Source of the DNA: a virus
Taxonomy: Duplodnaviria; Caudoviricetes
DNA length: 64,000 nt
IMG/VR virus record: IMGVR_UViG_2595698524_000001
Coordinates: 128,001-192,000 of that record
Strand: one strand, 5' to 3'
Below the pieces are notes generated by a model. It was not told the DNA's origin, searched no databases, and worked only from the letters and a program-made list of their open reading frames with translations. Positions 8,646 through 19,000 of this stretch are shown in pieces. The first letter of the stretch is position 1; every line of letters begins with the position of its first letter. The position numbers and the translations under genes were made by a program.

Positions 8646-9038
8646 CTATTGTGGCCCCGAACATCCGCCTGAGCAACTTCCTGAGCAGTTACCTGAACAC
8701 GCCCCACCACAACTCCTGCCACAAGCACCAGAACATGATGAAGAACACGCGCCGCCGCACGTACCCGTACAGCTACCTGAGCAACCTCCCGAGCAAGAAC
8801 TAGTACACGTGCCAGAACATGACCCGGAGCAGTTACCGGAGCAGCTGGAACAACCGTGGGAACAACCTGAAGAACAAGACCAACTACAACTACCGTTGCA
8901 GCGGATTTCTCCGGGGGACATCCCGCCTAAATTATTTGCGTTATACGCTTTTGTGGCCACCTGTCCATCAACCGAAGCGCCAGTTGCAATAGACAGTCTG
9001 GCCATACGCGCATTAACGTCATTGAGTGAAACGGCCAT
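8646..9038 (-). CDS. Cys-rich CxxX-repeat precursor-like peptide (130 aa, 21 Cys)
   Basis: AAGGA RBS. 46-aa leader followed by CNGS-CSWS-CSSG... repeats. Confidence 0.85.
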   Translation of the reverse strand: MAVSLNDVNARMARLSIATGASVDGQVATKAYNANNLGGMSPGEIRCNGSCSWSCSSGCSHGCSSCSGNCSGSCSGTCTSSCSGGCSGSCTGTCGGACSSSCSGACGRSCGGACSGNCSGSCSGGCSGPQ

Positions 9039-9093
9039 ATGCTTCCTTTAACGGGCGAACTTGACATAAAGTATCGCCCTGACGTTATAAGAG

Positions 9094-10293
9094 TTACTTG
9101 GTGCCGGCAGCAGACTGAACGTCGCCGCGGGTAGTCAAGTTGGCGTTGACGTGTACGTTGGCTTGTACGACACCACCCGTGTTCTTGTTCAGATACTGGT
9201 CGTGCGGGTTCGCCGCCGATTTGTGGGCTGCGAGGTCAGCGTTGGTTTTCGCCAATGCCTGTTCCAAGGCCGCGATGCGATTTTCGAGACCTTGGTTCGC
9301 TGTGCCCATATCCGCAATCTGCTGCTTCAGGTTATTGGTTTCCTGATTAGCGGCTGCGAGTCCAGCACGCAGGTCATTGAGCTGCTGAGTCAGCAGACCG
9401 ACTTGCGTTTCCAGAATGAGAATCTCATCCATCAGTTCCGCAATCTGTAACTGCGTTTTCTGATAGTTCTGGTCAACCGTGTTGAGCTGGGTATTCCATG
9501 TGCCGATAGAACTGACCAGCGCTGCGATTTTCTGCGCCAAGTCGGTATCGGTCGCATTGAGCGTACCGATATCTTGCAACACGGAGTTGATGCTGCTTTG
9601 CACGTTCTGAATCAACGTACGGACTTCTGACGTGGAGTACACGTCAAGTTGGCCACGCGTCACTTTGTGAACGTTGCCTTCCGCATTACGGTGCTCATCT
9701 AACGCCGCCAGCATCTCTTGACGATACGCTTTGAGCATGTTCTGAATCTGCACCATTTCCGCAGACGCGCCCAAACGAATCGCTTCGTTGAGTTTCGCCA
9801 GCAGGGTAACGATGTATTCAAAACCAAAGAAGTCGCCCACGTCACGGAACGCAGGCGCACCTGCAAACTCATCCGGCACGTTACGGAGTTCATAGAAGTC
9901 GATAGTTGGGTCATCGAGTTCCAGTGATTCAATACACTGGACGATGTTATCGACGTTCGCTGCGTACGGACCACCGACAATGTGGGCGCTGGCGGTGATG
10001 TCGGACGGTACAGCCGAGCGAGTAACAACAATAGCAGTTGCCACTTCGCGGCCACCGGTCATTTTAGTCAATGACGGATGGAGGAGAATTACTTCGTAGT
10101 CGGTACCGCGAACGAGTGGTTTATTCGGCGCGTTCACCGGAGCTAATCGAAGCGTATCAACAAAGAAAGGACCTGTTGGGAATGCAAACGCCCGGTTAAT
10201 CGTTCCTGTGCCGAGTTTAATCGGGTGAGAAACGTTGTTACCGAGGATGGTTCCGAACAGGTCCAACGGGTACTGCATTACTGCCTTACTCAT
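9094..10293 (-). CDS. Tail fibre/baseplate-associated coiled-coil protein
   Basis: N-terminal YPLDLFG domain shared with the larger fibre paralogs, GNVHKVT motif, long heptad region, C-terminal NPHDQYL...beta-repeat. Confidence 0.7.
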   Translation of the reverse strand: MSKAVMQYPLDLFGTILGNNVSHPIKLGTGTINRAFAFPTGPFFVDTLRLAPVNAPNKPLVRGTDYEVILLHPSLTKMTGGREVATAIVVTRSAVPSDITASAHIVGGPYAANVDNIVQCIESLELDDPTIDFYELRNVPDEFAGAPAFRDVGDFFGFEYIVTLLAKLNEAIRLGASAEMVQIQNMLKAYRQEMLAALDEHRNAEGNVHKVTRGQLDVYSTSEVRTLIQNVQSSINSVLQDIGTLNATDTDLAQKIAALVSSIGTWNTQLNTVDQNYQKTQLQIAELMDEILILETQVGLLTQQLNDLRAGLAAANQETNNLKQQIADMGTANQGLENRIAALEQALAKTNADLAAHKSAANPHDQYLNKNTGGVVQANVHVNANLTTRGDVQSAAGTK

Positions 10294-10320
10294 CGGAAAA
10301 CTCCTTGTGGTGAGTAAAGA

Positions 10321-10342
10321 GTGGGGAGCCGAAACTCCCCAC
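10321..10342 (-). terminator. Putative intrinsic terminator or stem-loop
   Basis: GTGGGGAG-ccgaaa-CTCCCCAC directly after the 1900-aa gene. Confidence 0.6.
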
Positions 10343-10347
10343 TTTGT

Positions 10348-13300
10348 TTACGCGCTCAGGGTGGAATCATGAATCATAACATCAAGGACAACCGCGGTAG
10401 TCGCATCGTAGTAGATGTCGATATACCGGCCTCCTGCGAAGCTACGTTCCTCCGTCCAGAACATCACTGGGGCTTTGGTAATGGCTGCAGACTGACGCAG
10501 GGCCAGCATGTAGTCTTTACCCGTAGGCACGGTCAACGTGTACAGGCCGATAGCAGCACTGCCCGGAATAGAAGCAGGGGAAGCCGGGTTGGGTAACTTA
10601 ATCGCACCTAATGACGTACTTGAGGTAGCGAGTTTCGTTGTCCCATCCTGCACTAATTCAAACGCCACATACGTCGGTGAATTACCTGGATTTTCTCTTA
10701 CGACAAGCGCCAACGAGTTGGCTTGATTCAGCAACGCCCCGGTCAGTGTAACCGTTTGCGTAGCTGATGCGTTGTACGTAGTAGTCCCCTGCAACACACC
10801 GTTCAGGTATACACTACAACCGTCGTCGCTATTCACATTCAACATTAAAGAGTTGCTTGTTGGTGTGAAAGTTGTTTTTACAGCGAACACCTCGCCCGCT
10901 GCCAACAACTGAGCATATGGGCGAATCGCTGGCGATGCTAACGGACTGCTATACGCGTTGGTCGTCTGCATTGCAGGTGGCCACAGCTTTTCAGCATTGT
11001 TAGCTAGCAACATCCACGACGCGGTTATCGCAGGCAGGCTCACACGAGTGATGTTATCGAAGTTACCGGCGAGCTGGTTCGCTGTTTCCAGCGCCGCAGC
11101 AGTGCCGTAAGTCTTCGACAAATCCGCCCCCGGACGGGTGATGTTCCAGAATCGTGCCGCGTTTTGAGATGTAGCCCCGTAGCCAAAACGACAAGTGCGG
11201 GCAAATGTCGGGGCTGCAGTGGCCAAGTCAATCTCAACGTATTTGTACGTTGCAGAGTTACGCACCTGGCTCATCGACAACGTTTTCTTCGCCGCCACGA
11301 TTTGTCGGATGTTCGTGTCACGATCACCGGTTGTTGGCAATTGTGCATGTTCAACCGCAATATACAGCATGTTACCGCGCCGTTCAGCGTAGACATGCGC
11401 ATACCACTTATTCCACCCCAGTAAATCGGTGGTCGAAGTGTCTAAGGTGGCGATCGCCCGAGAAGATGACTGTCGGTAGTTTTCCTTAACCTGTATCCGA
11501 GACTGTAAATCAAGGTGCCCCTCGATTGAGTTACCGATAGCTAAGCAAAGCGTTTGTTCGCGCCCTACCGACGAATCTTCCTTCTTCAACGCAGCCAGCA
11601 CAATCGCGATGGCATCATTATCAGTGTCGTTAGAAGTGATAACCGTGTTAAACGTGTAATCACCAACCAGTTCATCCGAAATAAACCCAACGAACGTCAC
11701 TGTGTTCAACGTACATTCAACCACATCATCCGCGTCGATATATTTCCATGCTACGAGTTCAGACTCGTTTGCAGGCTGGGCCGACGTCGAGTTGTTGTGA
11801 CTGAAACGGTACCAGCTGTTGTAGATATCCTGGAACGACGGGAATGAGAACGTGTCGATGGTACCCATGTTCTCCATGTTCGAGTAGATAGACTCGGTCA
11901 AGGTCCCGCCTGCCAGATATCCGTGCGCGTACGGGTTGTCCGCGTGCGCCAACAGAGAACCAACTCGACCCAAACGTTTCACACGGTTGATGTTGACTTC
12001 AACGATAGCGTTAGTCGACGTCACCACGTACCCGATATAGAGGCGCGTAGCAGTGTCGCTAAGCAACGTTTTGGAAACGCTGTACTCTGCCTTACCTTGT
12101 GCGTTTAACTGCACGTAGAAGTACAGTGTGGCGTTCTGGTAGTCGCTTGGGAACAACGCTTTGAAGTCAAATTGCGAGGCTGGCGTATTGTGCTCTTCCA
12201 TGTTCGCAAAGAACGGAATGTCCTGCGTAATGTAAAGAATCATCCCCTCGGCCAGCTGTGGTCCGAACAGGATCACGTTACGTGCACTGCCAGTGTTGTA
12301 ATTACGACTGTTGTTGCTAAATGCTTGACCGCCGTAATACATCCCACCAGACAAGAACGTACCAACCAGAATCTCGTTCGTTTCAGGCAGATGGACAACG
12401 TCGCTTTCGCCATAGGACGGGTTAACCATTTCTCGGTTAAACGTCCAGTTTGCCATGTTCGCATCGCATGTCAACGTGAAGGTCATGTGACCCCCGCCAC
12501 CGACAGTCGCACAATGACATTGCGCATGAGGACGGATAATCCATCCGTCACTGCGTTTAATTAAACGCAGCTGCCAGTAATCCCCTGCATTGCTGATACC
12601 CGTCCACGCGAAATCGATACGGTCTTCGTTACCAATGTGCACCGCGTTGCTGTAATCCAGCGCCAGTACGTTGTTAACGAAGGTCATTGGGATGCGGAAA
12701 TAGTAGACGTACGCATACGTGACACCGTCCGCTTCTTTCTGACCAAACATCGCCGTAGCGATACACATGTTTGTACCGCCCAAATCAAACAGGTTTAACC
12801 AGCTTGTTTTGAAGATACTCGCCGCTTGTCCCCACTTCGCCACACGGGTCGTCAGCATCGACTGGAAATCATTCCACATCGCAGCATTAACAGTCACTGT
12901 GTCGTTGTGCAGCACTGCAGAACCGTTAATGTTTTTGTAATTACTGCTCCCAGCGGAGTTAAAAGCGGCCCCGTTGAGGTAATTACTGTTGCCGTTGAAG
13001 ATGTAGGCACAGCGGGTTAACACGTTGTACGTTGACTCGTTAAACGCGGTACGGTCATTCGAAGGACCCCAACCACCATAGCCCGGGAAGTTGTAAGAGC
13101 CTGCGGTGTCGTAAGCTATCTGGGCGCAATCGCTGGTACCCAGACGGCGCATCAGCACCTTTTTAACCGTGTTACCCAGCTGCACTAAACCACGCATGCG
13201 ATGTTGGTACACTGAGCCGTACGCCCCGTTTACTGCCATCTGGACACCCATCCGCCCGGTCAGCGGATTATCCCAACGCAGCGCATCGTACAACGACTTG

Positions 13301-16050
13301 CCGTTAAGACTGATACGCACACACTGGTTGTCACTGTTACTGTTGTCGTTACCGATACAGTCAATGTAACCAGCGCGGGGTGCGGTGGAGATGATCATAT
13401 TCCCGTAGAGGAAACCGTCAGAGTTGTCGGTGTGGTAATTCCCACCATTATCGGTGACACCGTTCTCGTCGAGTTTCATCGGCAGGTAATCGTTATCCAG
13501 TACCGCAGTCTTCGCATCGAGGTCGATAACGAAAGAAATCTGCCAGCGGGTACCGAAAGCAGTTGCGGAGTTCGAAACGTGTGTACTACAGTTTCCACGC
13601 ACACGAATCTTACGACCATTACGTCCAAGCATCCAGTTGCGACGTGCAGAGTGCACCACGTTGCGCGCACCTGTCCACTTCGCAGCACCCGCATCGGTGA
13701 TGTAGTAGAGGCTGGTCGTGGCCGGGTCTTTCGTATTCAGCGCATAGGTCGCAAAACGACCCACGTTACCATCGGCGTGTTTACCGGTCAGTTTGACAGA
13801 CTGGAACTGTACGTCTGTCTTACTGAGATCGTCTTTGCTGATAGACCACAGGCACGTAAAGAACTCCGTGTTGGTCAACGTGCTCTTAATGACATAGATG
13901 TCGTTATCGATAACCATCAGATAATCATCACTCGGTGTCGGAGCGAAGTTATACTGATTGGTTGCCCGAGGGGTCGGGGAATATGTCACACGAACGATGT
14001 CGGTATGCTTCGCAGCATCCGCACTACCGTTAAACATCACCAGATAGTAACGGTCGTCTGTGCCTAAGAAGATAGCACAGTCGTCGCCACAAACCACCAC
14101 GCGTTTAAGCTCAATACCCGGATACTTCTTCGCCATCCCCGCAGGAACGTACTGTACTGCTGTGGCCACATAATTCGAGGATAGGTTATTGGAACCCGCT
14201 TCGAACTCACGGTACCAATAGAACACGCGCTGCGAATCAGCATAACCGTCCCAACCGTTACGCAGAATGTAGAGACGGTTGTCTTGTTCAATCTGCATCG
14301 CGTTAAAGTTAGCATCGATCACAGACGCTGTCCCTTCATACTGCCCCATTGTTGGGATAGGCAGGAACCCGGAATCACCGTAGTAGGTGCTGTTCGCCAC
14401 CCAGCTCGGTAGCAGGTTCAGTGCTTTGTCTTCCGCAGCATCGATATCCAGTTTTAACTGGTAACCGAGTTTGGAGACCGCCGCTTTATTAGTCGTGGCA
14501 TCCAGCACCGTATACAGATACGTTAAGCCGGAAACCGTCGGCGAGGCAGTGGGTACGTTTTGCAAATCACTGGCAGTATGCGTGTGAACCTTCAGCGCTT
14601 TGTTGGTCAGCGCATCACGGAACGGCTGATGTACAGGCTTATCGGCGGGGGCGGTGTTGTTGACTTTATCCAGACCGAAAGACGCTGCGGTCAAGTTAAT
14701 CGTCTGCGTTGCACCGAAAGACGCTCCGTTGATTTTGAACGTCTCATCAACGTAGTTATTCAGTTTCAGCAACAGGTTGTTCACCCCTTTCTGCGAGAGC
14801 GCATAATTCGGAGCAATAACCTCAACACTGTCCGTCAGACGGAACAGGCCCTCAGTCGTCAGGGTCGCTGCCGGAGGGTTAGCCGTCATGTTTAACGGAG
14901 AGGCCTGTGAACCGTTACCACCCATACGCACCGTGTCAGTCGACTTAAAGGTCGGCTGCGCGTTGGAGTTCAGAGGGGCATACAAGTACAACCCTACTGA
15001 GTCAGGAGTAATCAAGAACGCACCGTTATAAATCGGACGGACGTCTTTGGCACCGGTTGCATTACCTTTGGACGGAACGAACAGCTCATCGTAACCCGCA
15101 CGTGAGGAAACCCCAATACCGCGCTGGTTATTATCGCTGTCAGCAGCCAGTTCAATCACCGCTTCTGTTCCGGTCAGGAGAATCTTACCCGCACTAAAGC
15201 GCAGGGCGGATTTCCCGTCTTGGGTCGCGTACACCACTTCGTCATTGTTAATCGCTTTGAAACGACCGAACACCTGACCCATGGTGTCATCAATCAACGT
15301 ATCGACGATACGCTGAGAGATTTTATTCTCGACCATAATCGCTACTAACTGCGCCAGCGTCTTACTGAACGCTTTGATGGCATTCGTAGCAGCATCACCT
15401 ACACCTAACGCCCCAATTTGGGCAGGGGTGTATTTGTGCTGATGTGGCGTTTTGTGGTGCTGTAACAGTTTGTCTGCATACAGTTTGTTCGCTGCGCGAG
15501 AGAGCGCCTTAATAGCCGTATCGATTTCAGTATCAAGCTGGCCGGCTTTCTCTTCGAGCTTTAAACGGATGTTGTTGATGGCTGCCGCAACCTCATCACG
15601 CGCAATGGCCTCGTCGATATTCGTCGGCGGGTCAATAGGCTCGATGGGAATTTGGTAGCGCATCAATGCTGACCAATCGATGTTGCGTGGTTCGGTCAGG
15701 TCGGGGTTAACGAGGAACTTGCCGATATCCGATTCAGGAACGGAATAAGACGAGCCGAGCACCTGCAGCTTATAGGTAATCTCGGTTTTCGTCAGCAGCA
15801 TTATCCCGCCGAAAAGCTGGGCATTCGCGGCGTGTGCACCGGCAGAGTAATACAACGCGAGGTAATAGTCGATACCTTCAAATAACAGATTCCCCGCCGT
15901 ATCTTTAATCTCTAATCCGTTACGAAAGAAGGGTGCCTCGAAAGGCACCACTAAGTTGAAACGGTTAGGATAAGTCGACGTACTGAGGGAACCTTCCGCG
16001 ATGTTATCGGGGCTTGTACCCGTCAAATCTTCGGGATAATGTTTTCTCAT
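10348..16050 (-). CDS. Large tail fibre protein (1900 aa) with C-terminal lectin-like/PA14-like domains
   Basis: YPEDLTG N-terminus, GLDKVNNTAPADKP and HTHTAS fibre motifs, distal DTDNDAIAIV and NSDDGCSVYLNG motifs. Confidence 0.75.
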   Translation of the reverse strand: MRKHYPEDLTGTSPDNIAEGSLSTSTYPNRFNLVVPFEAPFFRNGLEIKDTAGNLLFEGIDYYLALYYSAGAHAANAQLFGGIMLLTKTEITYKLQVLGSSYSVPESDIGKFLVNPDLTEPRNIDWSALMRYQIPIEPIDPPTNIDEAIARDEVAAAINNIRLKLEEKAGQLDTEIDTAIKALSRAANKLYADKLLQHHKTPHQHKYTPAQIGALGVGDAATNAIKAFSKTLAQLVAIMVENKISQRIVDTLIDDTMGQVFGRFKAINNDEVVYATQDGKSALRFSAGKILLTGTEAVIELAADSDNNQRGIGVSSRAGYDELFVPSKGNATGAKDVRPIYNGAFLITPDSVGLYLYAPLNSNAQPTFKSTDTVRMGGNGSQASPLNMTANPPAATLTTEGLFRLTDSVEVIAPNYALSQKGVNNLLLKLNNYVDETFKINGASFGATQTINLTAASFGLDKVNNTAPADKPVHQPFRDALTNKALKVHTHTASDLQNVPTASPTVSGLTYLYTVLDATTNKAAVSKLGYQLKLDIDAAEDKALNLLPSWVANSTYYGDSGFLPIPTMGQYEGTASVIDANFNAMQIEQDNRLYILRNGWDGYADSQRVFYWYREFEAGSNNLSSNYVATAVQYVPAGMAKKYPGIELKRVVVCGDDCAIFLGTDDRYYLVMFNGSADAAKHTDIVRVTYSPTPRATNQYNFAPTPSDDYLMVIDNDIYVIKSTLTNTEFFTCLWSISKDDLSKTDVQFQSVKLTGKHADGNVGRFATYALNTKDPATTSLYYITDAGAAKWTGARNVVHSARRNWMLGRNGRKIRVRGNCSTHVSNSATAFGTRWQISFVIDLDAKTAVLDNDYLPMKLDENGVTDNGGNYHTDNSDGFLYGNMIISTAPRAGYIDCIGNDNSNSDNQCVRISLNGKSLYDALRWDNPLTGRMGVQMAVNGAYGSVYQHRMRGLVQLGNTVKKVLMRRLGTSDCAQIAYDTAGSYNFPGYGGWGPSNDRTAFNESTYNVLTRCAYIFNGNSNYLNGAAFNSAGSSNYKNINGSAVLHNDTVTVNAAMWNDFQSMLTTRVAKWGQAASIFKTSWLNLFDLGGTNMCIATAMFGQKEADGVTYAYVYYFRIPMTFVNNVLALDYSNAVHIGNEDRIDFAWTGISNAGDYWQLRLIKRSDGWIIRPHAQCHCATVGGGGHMTFTLTCDANMANWTFNREMVNPSYGESDVVHLPETNEILVGTFLSGGMYYGGQAFSNNSRNYNTGSARNVILFGPQLAEGMILYITQDIPFFANMEEHNTPASQFDFKALFPSDYQNATLYFYVQLNAQGKAEYSVSKTLLSDTATRLYIGYVVTSTNAIVEVNINRVKRLGRVGSLLAHADNPYAHGYLAGGTLTESIYSNMENMGTIDTFSFPSFQDIYNSWYRFSHNNSTSAQPANESELVAWKYIDADDVVECTLNTVTFVGFISDELVGDYTFNTVITSNDTDNDAIAIVLAALKKEDSSVGREQTLCLAIGNSIEGHLDLQSRIQVKENYRQSSSRAIATLDTSTTDLLGWNKWYAHVYAERRGNMLYIAVEHAQLPTTGDRDTNIRQIVAAKKTLSMSQVRNSATYKYVEIDLATAAPTFARTCRFGYGATSQNAARFWNITRPGADLSKTYGTAAALETANQLAGNFDNITRVSLPAITASWMLLANNAEKLWPPAMQTTNAYSSPLASPAIRPYAQLLAAGEVFAVKTTFTPTSNSLMLNVNSDDGCSVYLNGVLQGTTTYNASATQTVTLTGALLNQANSLALVVRENPGNSPTYVAFELVQDGTTKLATSSTSLGAIKLPNPASPASIPGSAAIGLYTLTVPTGKDYMLALRQSAAITKAPVMFWTEERSFAGGRYIDIYYDATTAVVLDVMIHDSTLSA

Positions 16051-16054
16051 TTAC

Positions 16055-19000
16055 TTATTCCTTTTCGAGCGCCACCTGTTGAATAGCAAACTCCCAGTTG
16101 CGCTGGGTGAGGTTCCACGGGTTTTGCATGGCAATAGTCGGGATATCACCGTATTCGGTAACGAACCAATCGGTATTGTTCGTCACAAACGTTTTGGTGC
16201 TATTGTCGTTGTACGTGATGGTAAACCGCGCTTTGACAAACGGTGTCGGCGCATTCGCAGTCGGACGACAGATAATGCTGAACACCCCTTTAGTGTCGGC
16301 GTTAGCTACAATATTGGCATTTGCCGTAAGTGTACCTGCGTTCCCCACCAAATCCGCGGCGAATACGTTCGCACCGTCAATAAGAGCCCCAATCGAACCT
16401 TGACCGGAAATCGCGACCGCTACTGACTTCGCATTCGTCAACAGGTCAGGTTTGTATGCAACCATTACAAACCCGCGACGTGAGATATAACCCAGACTGT
16501 AGGAGGACAACGACGTATCTCCAACATTGAGCATCTCATAAGCGACTTGCGGTACACGACCCTGCGTTAACAGACGCGAGGACTTCGGCCACATCGCATG
16601 CGGGACGGCATACGTGGCGCACTCATGTACAATGCCGTTAGCCTGCTCAGTAGTGATGACCTGTGTCGCCAACTCCATCGCCGCAAAGTCATTTGCACCG
16701 TAGTGCGCAGCCTTACCACGATGTAGCCCGTTCTGTTTTGCAGCATAGGCCGCTAACTCCGAACCACGGATATAGGACTGAATCAGCCCCGTATGGTAGT
16801 TCAAACGGTTCAGGTACTGTGGTGCGATAGAATGGTCGAAGAGAGACCCCATCAGACGGTAACCGGTTTTCGCTGAAGATGAATAGCCCACGAATGGACC
16901 TTCAAAGAAGCGGGACAGGTCTTGCTCGAACACCAGTGAGCAGAAACGATGTACCTCAGTACGCGTCGCATCACCCACTGCACCAATCAAGATGTTCAGT
17001 CGCTTCTCTGCCGGAATATAGCGATAACGAATCGCCAGCACCCGCGGCTTCTTCACACTAACCCCGTTGACGTGAGGTGGGAAGTTAAAGCTTGCAGCCA
17101 CATCGGTCTGTTCCTCGCGGACAAACGAAATCAAGTTCGTCCGTGGGATATCGGTAAACGGTAACGCAACCGGTTGCGGTGTGACTTCATTAACGAACGC
17201 AATCGAGGCTTGTCCGTCTGCGGGAACATCAATCGCGTACAGAGACAACACTTCATGACGACCGTTAATCGCAGTAGCTACGAACTCCAACACGCCTGAC
17301 TCGTTCGCCATGAATGAACCATCGTAGGTGACACGATTATTCGCCTGAGGGTTTGCCATGTTCTTCCAGCGATACGGAGACTGACCATCAACCCCAACCC
17401 AAACCCGTAACGGGGCAGCGGCGGCCGCGCCTTCTGCAACAACCAGCGTTCCCTGTGTACGTAATGTCATCCCTGCTGCGTCCGAGAACATGGCCACATC
17501 TGGCGCAGACGTCACTGACTTATCAGCAACACCATACGCTTCTGTGTTCTCCAGTCCAATCACTTTAACGTTAGCCGGGCTGTACTCTGGGCTGTTGATG
17601 TCCACGGTGTCGTGAGCATCCGGGTCTTCCATGTGGGTCTGCAGCTCTTTGAACTGGCCAAAGTCGATAATCTGACCGAACTGGATTGGGCCTCCCGAAG
17701 TGATAACTCCAGCATCGTTAGTATCAACGTGGCCTAAGTAAATCATCTCGGTATTAACTGCCCCTCCCGGTAGTGGAGAGCCTAACGCTTGGAAGCGTCC
17801 GCGCAGCACGTTACCGTAGATAAAGAAGCGGTTATTCTGCGCAGGTAGGTATGCACCAATTTCACCTACTGGGGTATTCGCGCTAGAGTTATAGATTAAC
17901 GAACCGCCATCCTGCACGTCGAATGCAACTGACGCGGGTTTGCTCGTGTCTTCACACAACGCACTGACCGCAATGACGTGGGTACCCGGTTCTAACCAGA
18001 ATTCTACTTCTGGGTTGTCCTGAGCATCCGCCATTAAGTTCTCGTCAATCCAGATAGAGACCTTCCCACTGGAACGAGCACGTACCTTAATCGCTTCGTC
18101 CGCGAACTTCATACGGACTTTGGCAGCAACAATCAGACCCGCCGTGCCCACTTTACCTACAGCAGTAGAGACTGCCTTTGCCTGAGGTAACGGGTTAGTC
18201 GGTTGAGTGGTATGTACAAAGCCGAGTTTCCAGCTTTTCTCTACGCCACAACCGATAGCATACCACAGGTTGGCAGGGACTTGGGTCAAATCGACCGCAC
18301 CGTCAAAAGTCCCTTCTGCTGAGTCCAGTGCGCGGGCTACGAAATAACGATACGTGGTAGTCGGGTTCAGTGTCCAACCGCTGACGTTAAACGTAGTCGC
18401 TTCTACCGTGGTGAATTCCAGCGTATCGCGGAACATTACCCCGAAGAAACGTTTGTTCAACTCAAGCAGTCGGTCGTTCAGTCCTTTCAACACTGCAGGG
18501 GCAACAGCCTGACCATCTTTCACCTCACTGTACGTGGACGCAATCTGAACAGTACCATACGCTTGACGCGTGGCCTGTCCAATTCGCAGCATTGGCCAGT
18601 CGTGTTTGTGGTTCTTTGCCACCAACGCATCAGTACGGGTTTTCTGCGGCGTAGAGAGCGGCTTGTTCAAGTCAGCCGTGTTGTCGACGGAGGCCAGATC
18701 TAAATCTGACTTATCGAGAACAATCTCTGTGCCAGACATCGGGTTGTTGTTAATGAGCACGTTCTTAGGAACCATGTCATTAAAGCCGTCATTATACGGC
18801 TTACCCGAATCCGGCGTCGCGGCCACGCCGTCAGCAACAGCGCCTGTACCAGAAACCAGTTTAACTTTACCCGGCACGGTTTTGGTGGCTTTCGGGATAT
18901 TCAACGCGCCTTCTAACGGAGAAGATGGCGTACCCTTGCCTTTGAACGTGATGTTCGTTGACTGGGCATTAAGCTGGACGTTTTCCGGGTCGCCGTTAAC

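Noticed and set aside
8635-8676. N-terminal extension MLRRMFGATIEGIT of the 147-aa ORF
   Set aside because: It overlaps the upstream gene; the RBS and paralogy place the start at 8634.
8233-8900. Repetitive DNA resembling a CRISPR array or satellite
   Set aside because: The period is 12 nt with no spacers; it is explained by the CxxX-coding repeats.
8233-9038. Peptides as simple metallothioneins
   Set aside because: Strict CxxX periodicity, a conserved leader and linkage to rSAM genes fit modification substrates better, although metal binding is not excluded.
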